Origin: a virus
Reading direction: 5' to 3' (one strand)
Length of the DNA: 27,939 bases
Virus record (IMG/VR): IMGVR_UViG_3300026134_000002
This document shows, one piece after another, positions 1 through 5,376 of this stretch (positions within the stretch are counted from its first letter, which is position 1; every line of letters starts with the position of its first letter). The notes under the pieces are model-generated. The model saw only the letters and a program-made list of their open reading frames with translations. It did not search any database and was not told the origin of the DNA. A program made the position numbers and the translations under genes.

Positions 1-121
1 CAATCAGAAAAATCATCGTCCACCATTCAGCCTCGCCAGCGGTATCACTGGAGAAGATCGACGAGTGGCACAGAGAGCGCGGATTCAATCAGGTTGGCTA
101 TCACTTTGTCATTCAGGCGGG
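1..121. repeat. Terminal direct repeat, copy A (identical to 27819-27939)
   Basis: A base-by-base comparison of the two window ends gives a 121/121 match. The repeat lies inside the endolysin ORF, so it is an assembly overlap or terminal redundancy and not an att or LTR element. Confidence 0.97.
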
Positions 122-404
122 CGGCTTAGTGCGGCTTGGGCGCAAGGTTTCGACAGTGGGCGCGCATTGCAAGGGGCACAATTCCGACAGTATCGGTGTC
201 TGTGTGGTGGGGTCATTCGAGAACGGCGACCCCGTGCCCGGTTCGCAGTGGGTGGCTCTGGTGTCTCTTGTGGGCGATCTGTTGCGACAGTATGATCTGA
301 GCGTGCGAGATGTATACGGACACAAAGAGCTTGCGGCTACGCTGTGTCCTGGGTTCGATCCTGAGACCTTGCGCAATGCGCTTGCAGATGAGTGCTCGGT
401 TTGA
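1..404 (+). CDS. Endolysin, Amidase_2/PGRP-type N-acetylmuramoyl-L-alanine amidase (wraps the circular junction; joined product 136 aa)
   Basis: The frame is open from nt 3 to TGA at 402-404. Motifs IVHHSA, GYHF, AHCKGHN and GHKELAATLCPG fit the His/His/Cys zinc-ligand pattern of the T7 lysozyme family. The ORF-track start at 129 is an internal Met. Confidence 0.9.
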   Translation, partial: IRKIIVHHSASPAVSLEKIDEWHRERGFNQVGYHFVIQAGGLVRLGRKVSTVGAHCKGHNSDSIGVCVVGSFENGDPVPGSQWVALVSLVGDLLRQYDLSVRDVYGHKELAATLCPGFDPETLRNALADECSV

Positions 405-474
405 GAGGGTAGTGATATTGCTGGCGATTGCCGGCGTTGTGTTGTGTGTGTTCCTTTGGGAGGTGTTGAAATGA
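388..474 (+). CDS. Possible membrane micro-ORF of 28 aa (or 20 aa from GTG 412) between endolysin and holin
   Basis: Translation is MSARFERVVILLAIAGVVLCVFLWEVLK, a charged N-terminus followed by one hydrophobic helix. Its TGA overlaps the ATG of the next gene (ATGA at 471-474). The ORF is below the ORF-track size cutoff and has a weak RBS. Confidence 0.2.
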   Translation: MSARFERVVILLAIAGVVLCVFLWEVLK

Positions 475-668
475 AGACGATCAAAAATTCTATCAGTGCG
501 CTGTTCAGTTCTCAGAACCGGATTAGCTGGCGCCGGCTGGCTGTGTTTACCTCATCCTGTGCGCTTTTGTACATTGGAAAGATTGAAGCCGCCGAATGGG
601 TGACAATTGCAGTTGTTTACATCGCTGGCGATAGTCTTCCTGCAGCTCTAGGCGCTCTGAAAAAATGA
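471..668 (+). CDS. Putative holin, 65 aa with two predicted TM helices
   Basis: ATG 471 is preceded by GGGAGG at 458-463. Hydrophobic segments are LAVFTSSCALLYIG and WVTIAVVYIAGDSLPAALGAL, and the C-terminus is KK. The gene lies immediately downstream of the endolysin. Confidence 0.5.
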   Translation: MKTIKNSISALFSSQNRISWRRLAVFTSSCALLYIGKIEAAEWVTIAVVYIAGDSLPAALGALKK

Positions 669-919
669 CGGACAGCGGCCCGCTGTTTTTGTTGGTTTTG
701 GTGTCTGCCGCTATCGTTTACGCGATGAAGCTGGCAGCGCCTCGACCAATGAAGCTCAAAACACCAGAGAAGCCCCCAGAATCAAAGGCAGCAAAAAAGG
801 CGCGCGAGACCATAGAGGCACAGGGCAAACGCGACACAGCAGCGATTTTGGACGATGTAGAGGCAAAAGACAGCCTCAGCAGGTTAGCGGATAGGGCGAA
901 CCGCCGCCGGGGTAAATAA
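665..919 (+). CDS. Lysis-cassette membrane protein, 84 aa, with an N-terminal TM and a highly charged tail (holin, antiholin or spanin-like)
   Basis: It has an ATGA overlap with the upstream gene. The TM is PLFLLVLVSAAIVYAM, followed by a Lys/Arg/Glu-rich C-terminal region. Confidence 0.45.
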   Translation: MTDSGPLFLLVLVSAAIVYAMKLAAPRPMKLKTPEKPPESKAAKKARETIEAQGKRDTAAILDDVEAKDSLSRLADRANRRRGK

Positions 920-1341
920 TGATCGCTGTGTTGCTGGGTTTGTTTGTTGCTGTTGCTGGCGTTCCAGCACCTGAGCCCACAGAAGACGAGTGCGCAGAAA
1001 CCATACCGATCCAAAAAGGCGAACCGATCCCGGCTGCGCTGGTAGATGATACCGGCCGGGCTGTTTGTTCTGGCTTGCTTGAGCCCACAAGCAGCTTTGC
1101 TCATCTTCTGGCGATTGAAAGAGACGCGCAAACGGCCGAAGAGTTACACGCGCTGGACGTGTCGATCCTGCAAACCGAGCGCGATTGGTACAAAAACCAG
1201 TTAGAGCAAGATCGGGACGTGCGGTGGTGGGAAACCCCACAAGCGCAAAGAACGATCGGGCGTGTTGAAATGCTGGCCACTGTATCGATCGTTGCCGGGA
1301 TCGTGGCTGGGGCGTACAATATGAGCAAGGGCGGTGAATAA
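919..1341 (+). CDS. Lysis-cassette envelope protein, 140 aa, with N-terminal and C-terminal hydrophobic segments (spanin-like candidate)
   Basis: It has a TAATG overlap with the upstream gene. The N-terminus is MIAVLLGLFVAVAGVPAP, the central region is a predicted helix (AIERDAQTAEELHALDVSILQTERDWYKNQLEQ), and the C-terminal TM is MLATVSIVAGIVAGAY. There is no canonical lipobox. Confidence 0.4.
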   Translation: MIAVLLGLFVAVAGVPAPEPTEDECAETIPIQKGEPIPAALVDDTGRAVCSGLLEPTSSFAHLLAIERDAQTAEELHALDVSILQTERDWYKNQLEQDRDVRWWETPQAQRTIGRVEMLATVSIVAGIVAGAYNMSKGGE

Positions 1342-1628
1342 TGGATCTCAAATCGTACATCGGACCAACGGCCGCGATTCTCATAGCCACTGGTGGGTAT
1401 ATGACCACCATCGAGGCCGTGGCCGACGACCAAAAAGAGATCCAAGAGCGGGTGCGCGCTGTTGAGGTCACCCAGGCCTCAGAGCAGAGCACGAAGGTGA
1501 TCGTGGCACAGAACACAGAACGCCTCGCACGCTTGGAAAAACTAGTGGAGAAGATCGCAGAAGCGCAGATCAAGAGCCTGCAGAATGAGGCCCGGATCTG
1601 TGAAAAACTAGATGCGGACTGTCGCTAA
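1341..1628 (+). CDS. i-spanin-like protein, 95 aa, with an N-terminal TM and a coiled coil
   Basis: It has a TAATG overlap with the upstream gene. The TM is IGPTAAILIATGGYMTTI, followed by a heptad-like helical region and C-terminal cysteines. It is the last gene of the rightward arm. Confidence 0.45.
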   Translation: MDLKSYIGPTAAILIATGGYMTTIEAVADDQKEIQERVRAVEVTQASEQSTKVIVAQNTERLARLEKLVEKIAEAQIKSLQNEARICEKLDADCR

Positions 1629-2023
1629 AAGGGCAGAGAATCCTCCAGTATGCCGAGGATCACATTTGCAGACGCAGCTAGGTTCCCACAGTCAAAAAGC
1701 TCATACACCTTGTCTGCTTCGTAGTCGTCCAGATACGCGCACTGACCAATCAAGTACCCAAAGGTCAACGGGTCGGACAAATCGATCACAGGCTCAAAAA
1801 TGCCCTCAAGCCGCTGCAAGCCCGTATCCGGGTCAAGCACCAGCATAGAGCTTCCCGCCCATTCCACGATGCGCACAGGCGGTAAATCGTGCAACAAATC
1901 GATCGGGCTTCGCAGGATGGCCATACCCGTGACGAATGCCCAATTAGGCAAACGCGCCGCCCGCTCTGACAGTTCGACCAGTGTTCCGTGTTTTTGTTGA
2001 AATTCGACGATTGGTTCTTTCAT
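1625..2023 (-). CDS. Hypothetical strongly acidic protein, 132 aa (start MKEPIVEF)
   Basis: The ORF-track ORF 1625-2179 is trimmed to ATG 2023, where it is ATGA-coupled to the upstream micro-ORF. By manual count it has 21 Asp/Glu against 8 Lys/Arg. I recognise no family. Confidence 0.6.
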   Translation of the reverse strand: MKEPIVEFQQKHGTLVELSERAARLPNWAFVTGMAILRSPIDLLHDLPPVRIVEWAGSSMLVLDPDTGLQRLEGIFEPVIDLSDPLTFGYLIGQCAYLDDYEADKVYELFDCGNLAASANVILGILEDSLPF

Positions 2024-2097
2024 GATGACAGCACCAAAATAATAAAGGTGGAGAAGATGAGCACAGAGCCCAGGGCGTCGGATAGGTGGTGATTCAT
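2020..2097 (-). CDS. Possible hydrophobic micro-ORF, 25 aa (MNHHLSDALGSVLIFSTFIILVLSS)
   Basis: It is ATGA-coupled at both ends, to the stop of the 81-aa gene at 2094-2097 and to the start of the 132-aa gene at 2020-2023. Its first 8 codons repeat the start of the 81-aa gene. Confidence 0.3.
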   Translation of the reverse strand: MNHHLSDALGSVLIFSTFIILVLSS

Positions 2098-2101
2098 GCT
2101 G
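2074..2101 (-). repeat. 28-bp gene-junction repeat, copy B (24/28 identical to 2316-2343)
   Basis: Both copies read AGCATGAAyCAyCAC.TATCCGACGC on the minus strand, and both span a stop/start ATGA overlap. Confidence 0.7.
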
Positions 2102-2339
2102 TCCCCTCGATAATTCGCGCGAGTGCTTCTCTGTCTTCACTGTCGATCCACTTGCCAGCAAGATTGAACGTCTTTGCATATTCGGGGCCTACTTGCTGTG
2201 TGTAGATTTGCATCGCGTGTTTCGCCTGTTTAGCAGTCACATTGTCAAGATTATTTAGGCGTGAATTATTGATCATCCATGCCCAGTGTTCAGCGTCATT
2301 CATTGCGTCATTCATTGCGTCGGATATGTGATGGTTCAT
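2094..2339 (-). CDS. Hypothetical protein, 81 aa
   Basis: The ORF is ATGA-coupled to the upstream 181-aa gene. It contains a DAMNDAMNDA tandem encoded by a 12-bp repeat. I recognise no family. Confidence 0.6.
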   Translation of the reverse strand: MNHHISDAMNDAMNDAEHWAWMINNSRLNNLDNVTAKQAKHAMQIYTQQVGPEYAKTFNLAGKWIDSEDREALARIIEGTA

Positions 2340-2343
2340 GCTG
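2316..2343 (-). repeat. 28-bp gene-junction repeat, copy A
   Basis: See copy B. This copy spans the junction between the 181-aa and 81-aa genes. Confidence 0.7.
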
Positions 2344-2881
2344 GCGCCGCCGTGTGCGCGTCTAATGCTGCAGCGTCTGATTTGTCATTTTCTGACACAG
2401 CCGGAATGAAGCAGTTTGGACACAGATAGTCCTCGCCATAGCCTAGCGCCTCGTCTTCTCGTACTGGTACGTCACATGAATCACAACGATTTACCTGTTG
2501 AAACCAAACGGTGTAACCATGATGTTTTTTTGACTGGTACGCCAGGCCATCGGGAAAATTAGATGAATCTGTTGGCTTCAACTTTGCCGTAAAAGTCTGT
2601 CTGTCTTTTTGTCCGCCCACATCGGTGCGCAAAGTCACACGCACAGATCCATAGGTAGATGCTCGACACAGCGTTGCTTTGTGAAGGGTTAGCGTCTTGC
2701 CGCTTAAACTCCAGTCCACGATAACCGCGTTATAAAACCTCACGCCGCCGCTACAATACTCGACCAACTGACCACGGCAGACAGTTTCTCCGTTCGGAAG
2801 CGTGATCGAGCCTGGCTCAAATGTCACAGGCACAAAACAGTCCAAATGCTTCGCGTATTTCAAAATTCTGAGGGTTTTCAT
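2336..2881 (-). CDS. Hypothetical protein, 181 aa, with a C-terminal CxxC...CxxC zinc ribbon
   Basis: ATG 2881 is preceded by AGGA 6 nt upstream. The C-terminus is CDSCDVPVREDEALGYGEDYLCPNC. It is the first gene downstream of the promoter at 2925-2953. Confidence 0.65.
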   Translation of the reverse strand: MKTLRILKYAKHLDCFVPVTFEPGSITLPNGETVCRGQLVEYCSGGVRFYNAVIVDWSLSGKTLTLHKATLCRASTYGSVRVTLRTDVGGQKDRQTFTAKLKPTDSSNFPDGLAYQSKKHHGYTVWFQQVNRCDSCDVPVREDEALGYGEDYLCPNCFIPAVSENDKSDAAALDAHTAAPA

Positions 2882-2924
2882 TGTTTGTCCTGTTGTTGTT
2901 GTGGGCCGTTTGCCTCACATACAG

Positions 2925-2953
2925 ATTCTAAGGTCTCCATATATGCGCGTCAA
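2925..2953 (-). promoter_or_regulatory. Near-consensus sigma70-type promoter: TTGACG, 17-nt spacer, TAGAAT
   Basis: On the minus strand the -35 box is at 2953-2948 and the -10 box at 2930-2925, with a 17-nt spacer. The promoter lies about 45 nt upstream of ATG 2881, inside a 184-nt intergenic gap. Confidence 0.55.
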
Positions 2954-3024
2954 GCATAATCGTTCGAAATACCTAAATTGGTTAGTCTGCTAACGGTTGC
3001 AGGCTTCCCCCCTGCAGCAAGTGA

Positions 3025-3053
3025 GCCCGATCCACATCCCCAGCGGATCGGGC
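3025..3053 (-). terminator. Stem-loop just downstream of the methyltransferase stop (GCCCGATCC, 11-nt loop, GGATCGGGC)
   Basis: The stem is a perfect 9 bp. A second weaker hairpin (TGCAGG/CCTGCA) lies at 2999-3016. No U-tract follows either, so a terminator role is uncertain. Confidence 0.3.
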
Positions 3054-3065
3054 TCGCGCCTCGCA

Positions 3066-3788
3066 TCAGTCCCTATCTAATGCAAGGCGATCCACCGCTT
3101 GTCTGTACCTGTCCGGGTCAATCTCCGCGCCTATGTAGCGTCTACCCTCACCTGCGCGCTTTACGGCACGACCTACAGAACACAGGCCCGCGTAAATATC
3201 GAACACCAGATCACCGGGCGCGCTCCAAACCTGGACCATATTTGTTTGATATGCGATCGGCTTCTCGCTGTGTGCTAGTCCCTCCCCGCTTTTACTGTGC
3301 TTCCCTCTGTGTTGCTCTGTAACGTGCGTAGATCGTAGCAGTTTGGTGGTACACGGACGCGGCTTACCCTTCCTGTAAATCAAGATCGGCTCAGCATTTC
3401 CCCGCCAATGAAAACCGGCACCAGGCGCACCAGTCTTCGCCCAAGCTCCCCCCGTCACGTATCGCCATCGGATCGCGTCTTCCGTCGCTGCTGTCATCCA
3501 TTCAGCCAGAAGCGGAAACGTAGCCCAAACCACTAGATACGCATCATCCCCCGCGCAGTCCCATGAGCTGTCCACGTGCCGCAAAATGTCGTCCATCTTT
3601 AGACATGGATAATGGCTCGCGGCGCTTCTGGTCTTGTCTCCACTGTTGCTGTATGTCCAGGGCGGATCACAAAACACCATGCGCGCGCCGCGCACAGTAC
3701 CAAACAGATCATCAATGCTGCAATTGTGGAGCTTGATCCCGTCCGGCTGCGCTGGCTCAGGCACTGTAAGCAAGGGGATCTGGCTCAC
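3066..3788 (-). CDS. DNA N6-adenine methyltransferase (N4-cytosine less likely), beta-class, MT-A70/ParB-MTase-like
   Basis: The catalytic motif IV is FCDPPW near the N-terminus. It is followed by LVVWAT, W.K and HSEKP, and by the AdoMet motif I, FDIYAGLCSVG, near the C-terminus, which is the beta-class permuted order. The GTG start at 3788 overlaps the upstream stop (GTGA). Confidence 0.85.
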   Translation of the reverse strand: MSQIPLLTVPEPAQPDGIKLHNCSIDDLFGTVRGARMVFCDPPWTYSNSGDKTRSAASHYPCLKMDDILRHVDSSWDCAGDDAYLVVWATFPLLAEWMTAATEDAIRWRYVTGGAWAKTGAPGAGFHWRGNAEPILIYRKGKPRPCTTKLLRSTHVTEQHRGKHSKSGEGLAHSEKPIAYQTNMVQVWSAPGDLVFDIYAGLCSVGRAVKRAGEGRRYIGAEIDPDRYRQAVDRLALDRD

Positions 3789-4126
3789 GCTTTCACCCGT
3801 CCGGCCTGTGGTAGAAACGGCTTAATCGCCTGTGTGCCTGCATAGGTGGCGACCAGTTTTGTCTGGTGCCTGTCGATCTTGTTTTTGATTAAGAGACCAC
3901 GACCCGCCAAACCATCAACGGCATACTGTGCGGTTGACTTTGGTATGCCGAGATCCACAAGCTCTTCGATCATCTCTTTGAGCGTCCACGTACCAGGGGC
4001 ATCGGTGCAGACGTAGAGAAGCGCATAGTACCGCGCAGAATCTTTAATGATTCGCGGGCCGTTCTGTTTGTTACGCATTGCGGCGTTCTGCTGTAGTCGC
4101 TGCAGCTTTGAAAAATCAAACGTCAT
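3785..4126 (-). CDS. Putative winged-helix DNA-binding protein, 113 aa
   Basis: The ORF is trimmed to ATG 4126 (MTFDFSKLQ). The segment LKEMIEELVDLGIPKSTAQYAVDGLAGRGLLIKNK looks like a MarR/ArsR-type wHTH. Confidence 0.5.
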   Translation of the reverse strand: MTFDFSKLQRLQQNAAMRNKQNGPRIIKDSARYYALLYVCTDAPGTWTLKEMIEELVDLGIPKSTAQYAVDGLAGRGLLIKNKIDRHQTKLVATYAGTQAIKPFLPQAGRVKA

Positions 4127-4547
4127 TGTATCGACACCCCACACCAGGACGGCACACCCATTCACCAAGCCCGCCGCCATTGAGCTTCAATGGTTCGATC
4201 AAATCTGCCGCTGTGCCCTCATATCCGCAATACGCGCACGTATACCGATCCGGCTCCGGAACTCCGGCCAACTGTGCGTCTGTCAGCTTTGATTCTGCCG
4301 CGTGTTCAATCTGTGCCATCTTGCATTGGTCCGCCCAATAGTCTAGCTTCTCGTTGAGATCGTCAAAGCTGCGCGCATCGATACCGAGCCGAGCCGCTTT
4401 GTCTCTCCAATGCTCCACGCCTCTTTGCTCTTGTCTTGCTATCATCTGGCGCGTCTTCTCTTCTCTCTCTTCAAACCAAGCCGAGCCGGGCCGCTGGTCC
4501 GGATATACCTCTGGCGTCTGATTTTTTCGATCGTCCCAGCCCATCAC
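4116..4547 (-). CDS. Hypothetical protein, about 142 aa, with a C-terminal Cys4 motif
   Basis: GTG 4547 or ATG 4544 overlaps the ERF stop. The N-terminal half is charged and helical. The Cys4 motif is CAYCGYEG...CRPGVGC. Confidence 0.6.
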   Translation of the reverse strand: MMGWDDRKNQTPEVYPDQRPGSAWFEEREEKTRQMIARQEQRGVEHWRDKAARLGIDARSFDDLNEKLDYWADQCKMAQIEHAAESKLTDAQLAGVPEPDRYTCAYCGYEGTAADLIEPLKLNGGGLGEWVCRPGVGCRYNDV

Positions 4548-5305
4548 GCGCCCCCTGTGGCGTTCAGGCCATCGTCAAAGGTTGCCCCGTTTGCCTGCTG
4601 CTGTATTGTTGCCAGGGCCTGTTGCGCTTCGTCTGTGGTCCATTGCACATATTCGCATTTTTTCCAATCAGAACAGCGTAGAGCCGGTAAATCTGTCTGC
4701 TTTTTTCGCTCTTCTTTGCTCAGTGTTTTGAGCCAGGCCCGATAATTGATATTCACCTTGAGCACGCTCTGACAATCGGGGCACGGTGGACCGTCAACCG
4801 CTGGTGGCCCTGGTCTCTCTTGGCGCTGTGGCTGTTGCTGCCGTGGCTGTTGCTGCCGTGGCTTAGCCTTGGGTGCCTCGATACTCTGCGCGTCATCGTC
4901 TATTTGAGCGATACCACCTACAGCAGAAGTAGTATATCGCCGGAAGTAAGATGAGATTCCCCCGATCTCTTGTGGTACGTTCCGGCCGTTACCAATTGGG
5001 ATCATAATGTCACCGCCTGGCATGGTTTCCCTTGGTTTGTCCGGATCTCCCTGCCAGTAGAGCGTGGTTCTGATTCCTGCAAAACCATCTCTGCCTATCA
5101 CCTCGGAAACACAGGCAACTCCGTTTGATGCATAGGCAGGGATCACGATGTCCCGCACTGCGGACAGATCGGCGTAGTCATTCCTGAAATGTGGGTTTTT
5201 CGCGTTCTTTGTAGCGTTGCTCATCTGTAGCTGTGCTGCAGCTACAGCGGTGGCCATAGTGGGGTGATGGGTGATCCCGTTGGTGGGTTTTTTTGTTGGT
5301 GGCAT
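4544..5305 (-). CDS. erf: ERF-family single-strand annealing protein fused to a C-terminal Topo-type C4 zinc finger
   Basis: The N-terminal core KNPHFRNDYADLSAVRDIVIPAYASNGV...ISSYFRRY matches my recollection of the ERF family signature. A PRQQQ-repeat linker follows. The C-terminus CPDC...CSDWKKCEY resembles the CPxC...GCSNYPxCxY topoisomerase zinc finger. A GGAGGA RBS lies upstream. Confidence 0.75.
   Translation of the reverse strand: MPPTKKPTNGITHHPTMATAVAAAQLQMSNATKNAKNPHFRNDYADLSAVRDIVIPAYASNGVACVSEVIGRDGFAGIRTTLYWQGDPDKPRETMPGGDIMIPIGNGRNVPQEIGGISSYFRRYTTSAVGGIAQIDDDAQSIEAPKAKPRQQQPRQQQPQRQERPGPPAVDGPPCPDCQSVLKVNINYRAWLKTLSKEERKKQTDLPALRCSDWKKCEYVQWTTDEAQQALATIQQQANGATFDDGLNATGGA
4828..4863 (-). 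repeat. 15-bp tandem repeat, about 2.4 copies, encoding the PRQQQ linker of the ERF protein
   Basis: GTGGCTGTTGCTGCC occurs at 4828 and 4843, with a partial third copy. Confidence 0.8.
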
Positions 5306-5322
5306 ATGTCCTCCGGTTTGAC

Positions 5323-5351
5323 TTGCTCAAGATACCTATCCGGCATATGCT
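5323..5351 (+). promoter_or_regulatory. Candidate rightward early promoter: TTGCTC, 17-nt spacer, TATGCT
   Basis: The -35 box is at 5323-5328 and the -10 box at 5346-5351. These hexamers abut the -10 and -35 boxes of the leftward promoter. The promoter is upstream of the AGGAGGG RBS and ATG 5377. Its match to consensus is weaker. Confidence 0.35.
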
Positions 5352-5357
5352 TGTCAA
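5329..5357 (-). promoter_or_regulatory. Leftward early promoter: TTGACA, 17-nt spacer, TATCTT
   Basis: On the minus strand the -35 box is at 5357-5352 and the -10 box at 5334-5329, with a 17-nt spacer. The promoter is about 25 nt upstream of the ERF ATG (5305) and its GGAGGA RBS. Confidence 0.55.
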
Positions 5358-5376
5358 GCAACCCACAGGAGGGATT

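Noticed and set aside
65-484. ORFs 65-295 (+) and 113-484 (-) overlapping the amidase gene
   Set aside because: The frame carrying clear Amidase_2 motifs accounts for this DNA. The alternatives have no motifs and a skewed composition.
884-1573. 229-aa minus-strand ORF, plus 718-1131, 876-1088 and 1101-1445
   Set aside because: These ORFs are antisense to the tightly coupled lysis-cassette genes. The products are Arg/Ser/Cys-rich with no plausible starts.
1612-2000. Plus-strand ORFs 1612-1848 and 1800-2000
   Set aside because: Both are antisense to the 132-aa minus-strand gene, are Arg/Ser/Pro-rich, and lie beyond the end of the rightward operon.
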